Shown piece by piece: positions 1-10,348 of a stretch of DNA of 64,000 nt. A program made the position numbers and the translations under genes. The notes under the pieces are model-generated. The model searched no databases. It worked only from the letters and a program-made list of their open reading frames with translations, and had not been told where the DNA came from. The first letter of the stretch is position 1. Every line of letters starts with the position of its first letter. Source of the DNA: Escherichia coli (GTDB lineage: Bacteria > Pseudomonadota > Gammaproteobacteria > Enterobacterales > Enterobacteriaceae); the NCBI RefSeq assembly GCF_016903815.1, contig NZ_CP069973.1; one strand, 5' to 3'.

Positions 1-1769
1 CACCACCGTACGTGCGGTTCCGCATACGGCGGTTCATGTTAACTCTGGAACTGCCTCTACTGTTCCAGCAGTGATATCAGACCCTGCCTCCTGAACCATG
101 CATTCTTTATCGCCTGATTCATATGGCTTGACCCTGAGTTCCACCATGGCCCGTGGTTGTTGTACGCAGAGATCATTGCCCTGTCCTTACTCAGTCCTGC
201 TCTTTGCAGATTCTTTGCCCGGGTTCGCGGTCTCTTCCACTGCCGCTACAACAAGCAACGCAGTTTCCGTTTGATCCAGCCATCCAGCTCCTCCAGCACT
301 CCTCTGACTTCCGTCAGCCTGAAGTAGCTTATCCATCCACACAGCACTGGTGTCAGAGCATTGATTGTCGCTTTCACTGATTTGCTCCGGTTTCCCGTCG
401 TCAGACTGTGGACTTTCTCCTTCAGCCTGTTCACGCTCGTCAGGGCTATCTTCAGCTTCGCCTGTTTGTGCCATGTCACACTGTACCCGAGGAACTTCCG
501 ATCCCACGGGCGCGCCACCGCGCTCTTCTTCTCATTCACCTTCAGTTTGTTCTCCACGAACGCCCTGATGTTCTTCAGCAGATGGTCGCCCGCTTTCCGG
601 CTGCTTACGTAGATGTTGCAGTCGTCTGCGTAGCGGCAGAAGCTGTGTCCACGACGCTCTAGTTCTTTATCCAGTTCATCCAGCAGGATGTTCGACAGTA
701 ACGGCGACAGTGGGCCGCCCTGCAGCATGCCCGCCTGCCGTTTCTCCCTTTGCCCGTCTTTAACCATTTCCACTTTCAGGTAGCGGCGTATCAGTCACAG
801 CACCCGCCTGTCCTTTATCGTTCTGGCCAGACGCGTCATCAGGAGTCTGTGATCCACCCGGTCGAAGAACTTCTCCAGATCCATATCCACCACCCACCGT
901 TTGCCACCCCGTATGTAACGCTGTGCCTGTTGCACCGCCTGCTGGATAAGCCTGTCCACCACCGTCGGGATGCCTGAGGTTCTCACGCCGCCATCCGGCT
1001 TCGGGATATCCATCCGGCGTATTGCCCGCGGCTGGTAGTTTCCGTCAATCAATGCCTGCCTGACGCTGCGCCAGTTCTTCTTCAGCCACGGTTTCAACTC
1101 CGCCACGCTGAGGTTATCCACCCCCGCCGTGCCTTTGTTTTCCAGCACGCGCTGATAAGCCAGCATCAGGTTTTCTCTCGTTATCACCGCTTCCATCGTC
1201 AGCGGCACTTCCGCTTTCGTTTGCCCACCCGCCGCCGTGCTGATTTCAGCGCCATCATGCAGCCCTGACGGATACTGTCCGTCTCCTCTGCCGCTGGTCG
1301 CAGTTGCCTGCGCTTGTGCTTCATTAATCATCATCGGGTTCGGATGTCCTAATCACAGTTAATCATGTTCGGCCCTTCATGCTGCCGGTTTTGCAGCACT
1401 ACTACGGCGTCGGCTGACTTCTGCCGCCCCATCCCGGCGCCTCACGGCGCCGGTAGCACACTGGCAGGGCGACAGATCTCCCGGGGTAATTCACGTGACT
1501 TTCCTGCTTATGCCTGTCGGCTTTACGTCACAGCGTTCCGTGTGAGTATCGGGCTTTGGTGATTTGTGCCACCTTACCCTGCTGCGCCGCCTTAACCGCT
1601 TCCTGTTCGTCAGGCCAGCATTTTGCATCCAGCTTCCTTCAGATTTCACCTCGCGATGAACACCCTTGCCTTCCGCTAACACTTCCCCTCACCGGGTGTG
1701 TGGAGGACTTTCACCTCTTAGTCGTTCTTCTGCCACCACAGTTGAAGAACAGCGCCAGTCACGGCGCAC
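1..1769 (-). mobile_element. Group II intron, bacterial class C-like, partial (3' end beyond window start)
   Basis: Minus strand begins GTGCG (plus 1765-1769) 10 nt after a terminator hairpin; RT ORF in domain IV position; domain V-like hairpin at 1-35. Confidence 0.6.
57..1334 (-). pseudogene. Group II intron-encoded reverse transcriptase/maturase, one frame, interrupted by two in-frame stop codons (near 795-797 and 246-248)
   Basis: RT motifs incl. YADD (CRYADD), PQGGPLSPLL, and maturase tail GPWWNSGSSHMNQA read in one frame across two stops; track ORFs 795..1334 and 246..773 share the frame. Confidence 0.6.
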
Positions 1770-1778
1770 ATAACAAAA

Positions 1779-1808
1779 AGCCAGCAGGCAGACACTGCTG
1801 GCTTTTTG
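1779..1808 (-). terminator. Rho-independent terminator hairpin after membrane-protein gene; also the 5' exon context of the intron
   Basis: GCCAGCAG-loop-CTGCTGGC stem followed by TTTTTGTT on minus strand. Confidence 0.5.
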
Positions 1809-1819
1809 TTATGGCGGGA

Positions 1820-2725
1820 TTAAAACAGGGGAACCAAGGTAAATAATCCAATGGTCGCCAACAGATTAATCATCGTGGTCATAATGGTGATGACCATCGC
1901 CGGCGGGTCAATATGTGTATCGCCGTGGATCAGGAAGATACGCGACATCAGTTCACCCAATATCGCGCAAATTATGCCAACGATAGCAGCCCAAATCAGG
2001 CTACCTGATGGCACCGCTACCAACGCGGCAGGCAGCGAAATATGATGTGACACCGGTACCTGAGTATTGAAATGCAGGAAAATCAGTGAGAACGCGGAAA
2101 TACCAAACGCCAGCAGCGCGCCGTTGCCGCCAAACTTCAGGCCTAAAAAGCCTGCCATCAAGCCAATACCCAAGCCCAGCACGGAAAGCTGCGGAATGCG
2201 GCTATGGTAAGGTATCCAGCACTTATCCTGCGGCGGATAGCAGTGACGAATTCCCTGCTCCGGTTTTCCAAACAGGCCAGTTTTACCGAAAACCAGACGC
2301 GAGACCACGCCAGAAATCACCACGGTTAGTGCCACGGTATCGGTCCAAGCATTGCCGGACGGGAAGGCCGGAATCTGGTTCAACCCCCAGGCGATGATGT
2401 AACCAACCGCCCCAAAAACCCCGCCTACCAGCAGCACATCGTAAGCCGCCAGACCGCTCAACCCGGCAGTGATATCACGCCCGGAACCCAGCTTGCCTTT
2501 CTTCGCTGCATACGCCGTCGCCGCAACCCCAGCGGCAAAGCCGCCGGTGTGCGGGCCAAACAGTCCAAACGGAAAAGTAATAAAGTCCGATGATGCTCCG
2601 GTAATAATTTGCACTACCGTCATGGCGATAACCAGAAGCCCAACGAATTCAAACGCCGCCAGCGCGCCAACAGCCGCACCAAATATGCCGCCGCCGAAGG
2701 CAACTACAATATCTAAGCTATTCAT
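1820..2725 (-). CDS. Glycine-rich multi-pass membrane protein, function unknown
   Basis: 301-aa ORF, hydrophobic Gly/Ala-rich segments throughout; last gene of the minus-strand cluster. Confidence 0.5.
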   Translation of the reverse strand: MNSLDIVVAFGGGIFGAAVGALAAFEFVGLLVIAMTVVQIITGASSDFITFPFGLFGPHTGGFAAGVAATAYAAKKGKLGSGRDITAGLSGLAAYDVLLVGGVFGAVGYIIAWGLNQIPAFPSGNAWTDTVALTVVISGVVSRLVFGKTGLFGKPEQGIRHCYPPQDKCWIPYHSRIPQLSVLGLGIGLMAGFLGLKFGGNGALLAFGISAFSLIFLHFNTQVPVSHHISLPAALVAVPSGSLIWAAIVGIICAILGELMSRIFLIHGDTHIDPPAMVITIMTTMINLLATIGLFTLVPLF

Positions 2726-2861
2726 CTAGCTTACCTCTGTAATTAAATCAAATGACAATATAAGTAATGCAGATTGCTCTATATTTTTAAAATTGAAATA
2801 GTATTCATGCGTAACAAATAAACAAGTGCAGCATTTTTTCGCACTCTTATTACATCTTTTA

Positions 2862-3779
2862 TTAACCGCCGATATGGCAGTTAAAACCTAAGGATTCAAC
2901 CATTGCTTTTAACTCTGCCATTTGGGCTTCTTCGATACTTTTTGTATCGCCCATCGGATACTGGCGACCAAGCAGATTATATTTATTTTCACCGAAGCTG
3001 TGATAAGGCAATAAGTGAATGGTATCGACGTTCTGCATCAGGCGGGCGAACTCCGCAATATTATGGATTTCCTGCGAATTGTCATTCACTCCTGGGATCA
3101 CAGGAATACGCACAACCACTTTGGTTAAAAAGGAGATGCGCAGCAGATTCTCCAGAATCACTCTGTTATTCACGCCGGTGTTGCGCTCATGGATTTCCGG
3201 ATCGATGGCTTTAATATCGGTCAGAGCAAGATCGACATAGGGAAATACCTCATCAATCACCGCTTTGGTGGTGAAGCCGCTTGTTTCAATAGCGGTGTGC
3301 CAGCCTTTGGCTTTACAGGCTTTAAGCAACTCGCGGGCAAATTCCGGCTGCGCCAGCGGTTCACCACCGGACAGGGTAATCCCGCCGCCTGAACGCCGGT
3401 ATAAATTCTCTTCTTTTTCCAGTTCGCGCATCACTGCCGTTACCGACATACGCTTGCCCTTCATTTCCAGCGCACGGGTAGGGCAAATCTCAGTACATTT
3501 CCCACACTGAATACAGCGGTCGCGATTGATAAACCAGGCATTAGTAATGGAAAGAGCCTGTTGTGGGCAAGCATCAATACATTTTCCACAGCGGATGCAA
3601 TCATTCTTTTTAAATAATAACTCTGGGCTGTGACGTTGTGATTCAGGATTACTACACCATTTGCAGGACAGCGGGCAGCCTTTAAAAAAAGGAATGGTTC
3701 GAATGCCTGGACCATCATGCAAAGAATAGCGTTGAATATTAAATATGACGCCTTCGGTTTCGTATTCAACTTTATTCAT
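2862..3779 (-). CDS. Glycyl-radical enzyme activating enzyme (radical SAM, PflA/CutD-like)
   Basis: CPLSCKWC radical-SAM cysteine motif plus two ferredoxin-like Cys clusters; directly downstream of the GRE gene. Confidence 0.8.
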   Translation of the reverse strand: MNKVEYETEGVIFNIQRYSLHDGPGIRTIPFFKGCPLSCKWCSNPESQRHSPELLFKKNDCIRCGKCIDACPQQALSITNAWFINRDRCIQCGKCTEICPTRALEMKGKRMSVTAVMRELEKEENLYRRSGGGITLSGGEPLAQPEFARELLKACKAKGWHTAIETSGFTTKAVIDEVFPYVDLALTDIKAIDPEIHERNTGVNNRVILENLLRISFLTKVVVRIPVIPGVNDNSQEIHNIAEFARLMQNVDTIHLLPYHSFGENKYNLLGRQYPMGDTKSIEEAQMAELKAMVESLGFNCHIGG

Positions 3780-3887
3780 AACATCACTCTATATTTACCA
3801 GATGAATTACCTTTTCAGATAAAAGTAACAACCAGAAGTCGTGGAGAAAGTAACGGGCTATATATTGATACATAGCCCGTCTGGTAT

Positions 3888-6440
3888 TTACGACAGTTGT
3901 TGCTCAGTACGGCTGATTATGTCGTCCTGAACTTCTTTCGCTAAAACTACCCACTGGGCGCTATAGCCCGCAACGCGTACCACCAGATCCTGATGTTGCT
4001 CAGGATTTTTCTGGGCTTCGATCAAAGTGTTGCGGTCGATAACGTTAAATTGAACGTGCATCCCTTTCTTATCGAAGTAGTGACGTATCAGGCCGCTGAA
4101 GTTGCGCAGACCGTTCTCGCCAGCCAAAGAAGACGGCAGGAATTTCTGATTATAGAGCGTACCGTTGGAGGCGATAAAGTGATCCAGTTTGGCAACTGAG
4201 TTGGCTGCGGCGGTTGGGCCAAGGGTGTCTTTACCCTGACGTGGAGATACGCCATCCGCCAACGGCTCTTTCGCCAGACGGCCATCCGGCAGTGCGGCAA
4301 CGTCTTTACCAAACAGCACGTTCGCAGACACCGGATAGATACCAGCCTGGAACTGGCCACCGCGCGGGTTGGTATATTTCTCAACTTCCTGGCAGTAGAT
4401 CAGCGCACATTTACGCGCTACTAAATCCACGTCATCGATGTCGTTACCGAAGCACGGTGTGTTTTCCAGAATACGACGGATCTCCTCGTGACGGGACATA
4501 GTGCCGGATTGCACCGGTGCTGCACTGCCGGAAGTCAGCTGGCGATAAACTTCGTTTTTAATCGCTGCCGGATCCAGAGCGCCATGCTGTTCAATGATGC
4601 GTTTCACCACATCGTAGATATCCTGCTCGTTGAGCGAGGATTTCGCCGCTGGAGTGTGCGGGTTCGCACCCACCGGATAACCGAAGTTGGCGTCCAGTGC
4701 GCTTTTCAGTTCGCTCAAAGACAGTTTACGATCTTCGAATACCTGTTTCTGGATGGCATAGACGGAGTCGCCGGTATCGGCTACGCCGAATGCTTGCGGC
4801 CCAGTAAAGTTGTAAATCGCCCCGCCTTCCTGGAGAGATTTACCACGGCCGATACAGTCGTCGACCAGTGCTGATAGGAACGGCAGCGGGCAGCGTTCGC
4901 CGTGGGCAATATCCACGCTGTTACAGGCTTCAACCAGTTGATGAACGAAGTGCGCCATCTGTTTCTGGAACGCGGTGTAGAAGTCCTCCATGCTGGTGAA
5001 CTGAGTCAGTTCGCCAGTCACTGGGCCTAGCTGTTTATTGCCAACGCGACCGTTGTTCAGGGTGATTTCCAGCACTTTTGCAACGTTAAAGAACGCGGCG
5101 TCATGCCAGCCCTCGGTGCGATGCGGTGCCTGCGGCTCTACGCAGCCGATGATACAGTAATCACGCGCATCACGCAGCGAAATGCCACGGTTCTGCAGCG
5201 CCGGGATGATTACTTCATCGTTGTACATTGCCGGAACGCCCAGGCCCATACGCACCAGCTCGCAAGCGCGATACAGAAACTCATCCGGAGTACCCTGCCA
5301 TACGCGGATTGAGAAGGATGGCTGCGGCAGACGCACATGGGCAGTCGCTTCCATACACATGTAGCTCAGATCGTTAGTTGCGTCGCGACCGTCTTCTGTC
5401 TGGCCGCCACAGCACAGGTTCTGGAACACTGCGTAACCGGCAAACGCCTGGGCAGAGACTTCGTCACGCGTTTTGTTAATGTCGTTAAGCTTGATCCAGC
5501 AGCAATCCACCAGTTCCTGCGCGAATTCACGCGAGATAGATTTGTCCGACTCCAGATACGGGTACATATACTGGTCGAAACGCCCCGGGGAGATAGAATG
5601 ACCGCTGGATTCAATCTGTAACATGCTCTGAATAAACCAGAATGTCTGGCATGCTTCCCAGAATGTGGTAGCACCGTATTCCGGCACGCGAGTACAGTTT
5701 TGAGCAATCTGCTCCAGTTCGCGTTTACGGGTCGGATTGCTCTCCTGCTGCGCCAGACGGGATGCTTCTTCAGCGTAACGATGGGCGAAACGGATCGCTG
5801 CGTTATAACTGATCAGCACCGCATTATAGAACTGTTCTTTCTTTATATATCCTGGTTCAGTGCGATCTAATGATTCCAAGGCACGGCTAACTTCATTAAT
5901 GATACCACGGAAACCAATTTTCAGCACTTTACCGTAGTCAACACTGACATGACCGACGCCCCCGAAGAAGTAGTTACCAACAGTGAATACACCGCTCGCC
6001 ATACTCTCTTTAGTGCCTTCTGACATGTAAGATGCCGCCAGAGCACTGGTAGTTTTACCCGGCCAGTATTTAAATGCTTCATGAAGCTCCTGAGCAGTCT
6101 TTTTCGGGATAACAAACGGGTCGGCAATACGGTGTTCCATAGTCTCAAACTCTTTTTCCACCCAGTCGTAGGAGAACTCAGGGCAGATTTCAGTTGAGCG
6201 AGGATTAATAGTTACCGCTCCAACGATTAATTCGTCTGGGCGAATTGTTACCGGTAATTGGTTAAAGATTTTTTCCACCACTTTAGCACGACGCATAATC
6301 GCGGGCAGTTGTTCTGTTTCTTTATATGCTTCGGTTGCTAACACCGCGCGTTCTGATTCCACATACGGCTTCGCCGTCAGGATCATATTTCTCAGTCTTA
6401 CAACACGGTCTGTCGGATTAGAAAAGCCTTTCTCTAACAT
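3888..6440 (-). CDS. Glycyl radical enzyme of the pyruvate formate-lyase family (choline TMA-lyase CutC-like or related eliminase/dehydratase)
   Basis: 850 aa; C-terminal glycyl radical motif RVAGYSAQ; Cys loop GCVEP; paired with an activase. Confidence 0.8.
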   Translation of the reverse strand: MLEKGFSNPTDRVVRLRNMILTAKPYVESERAVLATEAYKETEQLPAIMRRAKVVEKIFNQLPVTIRPDELIVGAVTINPRSTEICPEFSYDWVEKEFETMEHRIADPFVIPKKTAQELHEAFKYWPGKTTSALAASYMSEGTKESMASGVFTVGNYFFGGVGHVSVDYGKVLKIGFRGIINEVSRALESLDRTEPGYIKKEQFYNAVLISYNAAIRFAHRYAEEASRLAQQESNPTRKRELEQIAQNCTRVPEYGATTFWEACQTFWFIQSMLQIESSGHSISPGRFDQYMYPYLESDKSISREFAQELVDCCWIKLNDINKTRDEVSAQAFAGYAVFQNLCCGGQTEDGRDATNDLSYMCMEATAHVRLPQPSFSIRVWQGTPDEFLYRACELVRMGLGVPAMYNDEVIIPALQNRGISLRDARDYCIIGCVEPQAPHRTEGWHDAAFFNVAKVLEITLNNGRVGNKQLGPVTGELTQFTSMEDFYTAFQKQMAHFVHQLVEACNSVDIAHGERCPLPFLSALVDDCIGRGKSLQEGGAIYNFTGPQAFGVADTGDSVYAIQKQVFEDRKLSLSELKSALDANFGYPVGANPHTPAAKSSLNEQDIYDVVKRIIEQHGALDPAAIKNEVYRQLTSGSAAPVQSGTMSRHEEIRRILENTPCFGNDIDDVDLVARKCALIYCQEVEKYTNPRGGQFQAGIYPVSANVLFGKDVAALPDGRLAKEPLADGVSPRQGKDTLGPTAAANSVAKLDHFIASNGTLYNQKFLPSSLAGENGLRNFSGLIRHYFDKKGMHVQFNVIDRNTLIEAQKNPEQHQDLVVRVAGYSAQWVVLAKEVQDDIISRTEQQLS

Positions 6441-6488
6441 ATAAAACTCCCGAATATATTTTGTTAACCTTGCGGAGATGCCAGGGTA

Positions 6489-7064
6489 TTAATGAATAAT
6501 GCTAGTGCCCATTTGAGTAATAAAGTGACGTAATATTGCTGGATGCCCCATCCAGGTAGTCGCGGTTATTAAATTACCATCCACAATGGCTTCATCATCT
6601 GCGGCAGTGACCCACTGGCCACCCGCCATTTCCACTTCCGGTTTTACCGTAAAATATCCCGTCAGTTTCCGGCCTTTTAATACCCCAGCAGCGGCCAGAA
6701 TTTGTGGGCCATGACAAATTGCAGCAACAGGTAATGTTAAATTCATCGCGTAATGCACGATATCCAATACTGACTTATTTAATCGCAAGTATTCCGATGA
6801 ACGCCCACCAGAAATATAAACACCACTATATTCCTGTAACCTTATGTCATCAAATGATGCAGTTAATCTAAAAAGATGTCCGGGTTTTTCGGTGTAGGTC
6901 TGATCACCTTCAAAATCATGAATCGCGGTTTTAATAAACTCGCCGGTACGTTTTCCCGGACACACTACATCCACTCTGAAACCTAACATGTTTAATGCCT
7001 GCCATGGCACCATGACTTCATAGTCTTCAGAGAAATCGCCTGTGATAAGTAATATCTTCTTCAT
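6489..7064 (-). CDS. DJ-1/PfpI family protein
   Basis: Start taken at MKKILLITGDFSEDYEV; conserved AICHGPQIL nucleophile-elbow-like segment. Confidence 0.5.
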   Translation of the reverse strand: MKKILLITGDFSEDYEVMVPWQALNMLGFRVDVVCPGKRTGEFIKTAIHDFEGDQTYTEKPGHLFRLTASFDDIRLQEYSGVYISGGRSSEYLRLNKSVLDIVHYAMNLTLPVAAICHGPQILAAAGVLKGRKLTGYFTVKPEVEMAGGQWVTAADDEAIVDGNLITATTWMGHPAILRHFITQMGTSIIH

Positions 7065-7074
7065 AAGCGGACTC

Positions 7075-7374
7075 TCAAAACTGGTTATCGTCTTCCTCAA
7101 TGATTCGCATGGCTTCATGCACCGCCGCGACTTCGCCAAAAATGGCCAATGTGGTGATATGCTGAGGGCAACTGCCAAAGATTTCTGATACCACCACATT
7201 GGCGCTTTTACTGGCTACGTCGGCATAAAAATAGAGATCCGGAACCGGCAGTATTAACAAACCAATGGCGTCGATGCGAATCAAATCCAAACGCGAACGA
7301 AACTCCCCGGGCATACGCCGTTTCAACATAGCCAAAATATCCGGGGTCGGTGCGTTTATGATTCGTTTTTTCAT
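7075..7374 (-). CDS. BMC shell protein, PduU/EutS-like
   Basis: 99 aa; pattern resembles circularly permuted BMC domain. Confidence 0.55.
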   Translation of the reverse strand: MKKRIINAPTPDILAMLKRRMPGEFRSRLDLIRIDAIGLLILPVPDLYFYADVASKSANVVVSEIFGSCPQHITTLAIFGEVAAVHEAMRIIEEDDNQF

Positions 7375-7397
7375 CTTTAAGTCACCCTTCGCGATAG

Positions 7398-8915
7398 TTA
7401 GCGAATATTCAGCGCTTCAACCATTACACAGCGACGACGGCGTGCAAACGAACGCGCTGACGTAAGTCCCTCGCCGGTCGGTCCGGCAATCGTAAAGGTG
7501 GCATGCCCTTCACCGCCCACCCCCAGCCCTGCATAAGAGGGACCATTTTTAACAAAGATGGTGGTCTGGATCAGGCGCGCCATTTTGGTCAGCTTTTCGA
7601 CGTTGGTGGAGTGCATAACCGCGGTATGACGATTGCCGTGCTCCACTTTCACCGCCAGCTCAATGGCTTCATCAACATTGTCTACGCGCACCACCGGCAG
7701 GACCGGCATCATCAGCTCATGCACCACAAACGGATGTGTTTTCTCAGCCTCAATTAAGATGACTTTGATATCGTCGCCAACCTGGATTCCCAGTTGTTGC
7801 AGGATATAGCGCGCATCTTTGCCGACAAAGGCGGTATTCGGCCCAGTGCCTTTTTCATTAAGCACCAACGATTGCAGTTGTTGACTTAACTTCTTATCGC
7901 ACAACAGATAGGCACCGCTTTTCTTCATGCAGTGAATCAGATAGTCCGCTACCTGGTTCACAACAATCACCTCTTTTTCCGCCACGCACGGCAGGTTGTT
8001 GTCGAAGCTACAGCCCTTAATGATGTCGCGGGCTGCTTTTTCGATATCCGCCGTTTCATCTACCACAGCTGGCGGGTTACCTGCGCCTGCACCAATCGCT
8101 TTTTTACCTGATGACATCACGGTTTTCACGATGGCTGGACCGCCAGTCGCTACCAGCATGTTGATACGTGGGTCGTTGATCAGGACGTTGGTATTGTCGA
8201 TGGACGGTTTGGTCACCGTTACCACCATGTTAGCCGGTGCGCCCAACTGGGCAAGCTTGTTGTTGATCAGCTCAACCGCGTACAGCGACACTTTGCGCGA
8301 GCGCGGATGTGGACTGAACACCACAGTGTTGCCTGCCGCCAGCATGCCTATGCTGTTGTTGATAATGGTTTCGGTCGGGTTAGTCGTTGGTGTAATCGAA
8401 CCAATCACTCCGAACGCAGAGTATTCGATCAACGTTAAACCCCCGTCTCCGGAAACCGCGCTGGTGGTCAGATCTTCGATACCTGGCGTTTTCAGCGCTG
8501 CGACGCGGTTTTTGATCAGTTTGTCCTCGTAATTCCCCATGCCGGTCTCTTCCACCGCCATACGGGAAAGGGCACACAGCACATCTTCCTGCAGGAAGAC
8601 ATCGCGAATGCCATTGATAAACGAGGCGCGGTCTTGCATAGAACAGTGGCGATACTGCACTTGTGCCAAGACGGCGGCGGAAATCGCCTCATCCATGGTA
8701 TCGAATGCTCCAGTGCTAGCATTCGCTACCTTCGCTACCTGAGAGATCGCACTGGCGTCGCGCACGGAAGAGTGCTGCGCCAACGCCTTAGCGACAATTT
8801 CATCCAACCCGTCGACCCGCGCTGCTTCTGACGTGGCGGGAGCTTCATCCGGTGTTGCTTTGGTGAATTTGCTCAGAATGGTCGAGACAGCCTGAGCGAT
8901 TTCAATATCATTCAT
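7398..8915 (-). CDS. CoA-acylating aldehyde dehydrogenase (PduP/EutE-like)
   Basis: 505 aa ALDH-fold ORF in BMC operon context. Confidence 0.8.
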   Translation of the reverse strand: MNDIEIAQAVSTILSKFTKATPDEAPATSEAARVDGLDEIVAKALAQHSSVRDASAISQVAKVANASTGAFDTMDEAISAAVLAQVQYRHCSMQDRASFINGIRDVFLQEDVLCALSRMAVEETGMGNYEDKLIKNRVAALKTPGIEDLTTSAVSGDGGLTLIEYSAFGVIGSITPTTNPTETIINNSIGMLAAGNTVVFSPHPRSRKVSLYAVELINNKLAQLGAPANMVVTVTKPSIDNTNVLINDPRINMLVATGGPAIVKTVMSSGKKAIGAGAGNPPAVVDETADIEKAARDIIKGCSFDNNLPCVAEKEVIVVNQVADYLIHCMKKSGAYLLCDKKLSQQLQSLVLNEKGTGPNTAFVGKDARYILQQLGIQVGDDIKVILIEAEKTHPFVVHELMMPVLPVVRVDNVDEAIELAVKVEHGNRHTAVMHSTNVEKLTKMARLIQTTIFVKNGPSYAGLGVGGEGHATFTIAGPTGEGLTSARSFARRRRCVMVEALNIR

Positions 8916-8975
8916 CTTTAAATTCCTTACTACTCTTCATCTGCCGACCGCGCCGCGTGCATCGTCATCAGATGC

Positions 8976-9761
8976 TTAGATATATGGCGTCGTGGTGGAT
9001 TTAATTTCCACCGGATCTAACGTGGAGAGCAGTTGTAGACCGACTTCACGCGCGGCAATCACCGCCTGACGTACTGCACCGGAATCACCGGAGAAGGTGA
9101 AGATCACTTCGTTACTAAAGCTGGTGCCTTGCGACGGGCTGGCATAACCCACCGGGTCAATCACGGCGGATTTCGCCGCAGCGTCGGCAATCACCAGGCC
9201 AATCGCCGCAGGCGAGGCACAGGTCATCCCGAAGGATTTACCAATCGGCGCACCCAGCGCTTTATTCAGCGCGTAGCTGGCACGAGCGGTGTACTGGAAT
9301 TCAAGATGTCCGGCTGACGAGCCATAAACGTCACCCATGGTGCGTTCAATTTCAGACAGCGCCACTTCAACCGCACGCCTGACGTCGGAAACATCAGACG
9401 CACCGAAAATAATTAAGCAACCGTGTCCGCCACCTCCTTCGGTATCGCGGGCCAGCTCAATAGAAATAATTTCGCTGTTGGTTGCTTTAATCGCTTCGTC
9501 AGCCGCAAAAATTTGCGGGCCTGCGCCAGTACGTGCGCCAAGAATACCGATAGAGCGATATTTCTTGTCGATATTCATGACTTCATGCAATTGATTATCA
9601 ACATTGGCAATCACTAGGCCGATAGTGTGGCCCAACGCAGTGCCGACAAATTCCGTAATACCGCAACCAGCGAAATTCGCTGCTGTTTTAGCTTCCGGTG
9701 AGATATCGGTTTGTTTATTCATTACGTCAGATATAATCTGCTCAACAAGATTATCTCTCAT
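8976..9761 (-). CDS. BMC-T shell protein, PduB-like (tandem BMC domains)
   Basis: 261 aa; segments EFVGTALGHTIGLVIANVD, RSIGILGARTGAGP, TARASYAL, GDSGAVRQAV match my recollection of PduB. Confidence 0.7.
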   Translation of the reverse strand: MRDNLVEQIISDVMNKQTDISPEAKTAANFAGCGITEFVGTALGHTIGLVIANVDNQLHEVMNIDKKYRSIGILGARTGAGPQIFAADEAIKATNSEIISIELARDTEGGGGHGCLIIFGASDVSDVRRAVEVALSEIERTMGDVYGSSAGHLEFQYTARASYALNKALGAPIGKSFGMTCASPAAIGLVIADAAAKSAVIDPVGYASPSQGTSFSNEVIFTFSGDSGAVRQAVIAAREVGLQLLSTLDPVEIKSTTTPYI

Positions 9762-9782
9762 GATCAGTATCCTTTATTGTTA

Positions 9783-10064
9783 TTAACCGATAGCCTTCGG
9801 TAGAATTTTTTCCACCTCAATGTGTGGGCGTGGAATAACATGTACGGAGACCAGTTCTCCCACTTTACTCGCAGCAGCGGAGCCCGCATCTGTCGCGGCT
9901 TTCACTGCGCCAACGTCGCCGCGAACCATCACAGTCACCAAGCCGGAGCCGATTTTTTCATAACCCACTAGGGTCACGTTGGCAGATTTCACCATGGTAT
10001 CTGCAGCTTCAATTGCAGAAACCAGACCTTTCGTTTCAACCATTCCTAATGCTTCTTGTTGCAT
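9783..10064 (-). CDS. BMC-H shell protein, PduA/EutM-like
   Basis: Start taken at [14 protein letters not shown]; single BMC domain. Confidence 0.75.
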   Translation of the reverse strand: MQQEALGMVETKGLVSAIEAADTMVKSANVTLVGYEKIGSGLVTVMVRGDVGAVKAATDAGSAAASKVGELVSVHVIPRPHIEVEKILPKAIG

Positions 10065-10348
10065 AACGACCTCAATATTTCCGATAGAAAGAAAACGTGC
10101 ACAGAGGAATAGCAATCTACGGATTCACCCATGTGCATTAATTATTTAATTATCATAATGCTAAGGTTATTCAGACAAAATGTTTTGCGCGTCAGTGGGA
10201 CTATCTTGCTTTTGCATTCCCGCAATTGACAATAAAATCCACCCGAGGTTTGTAATAAAAGATCTGCGTTTAAACTTCCTTGCAAAATAGCCCCGCTCTG
10301 AATAGCGATCATAATTACTGTTAAAACTGTCGTATTTTTGCCAATTAG

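Noticed and set aside
246-797. Programmed recoding (selenocysteine or readthrough) at the two in-frame stops in the intron RT
   Set aside because: Both stops are single transition changes from expected sense codons and no SECIS-like element is apparent; pseudogenisation or base-call error is simpler.
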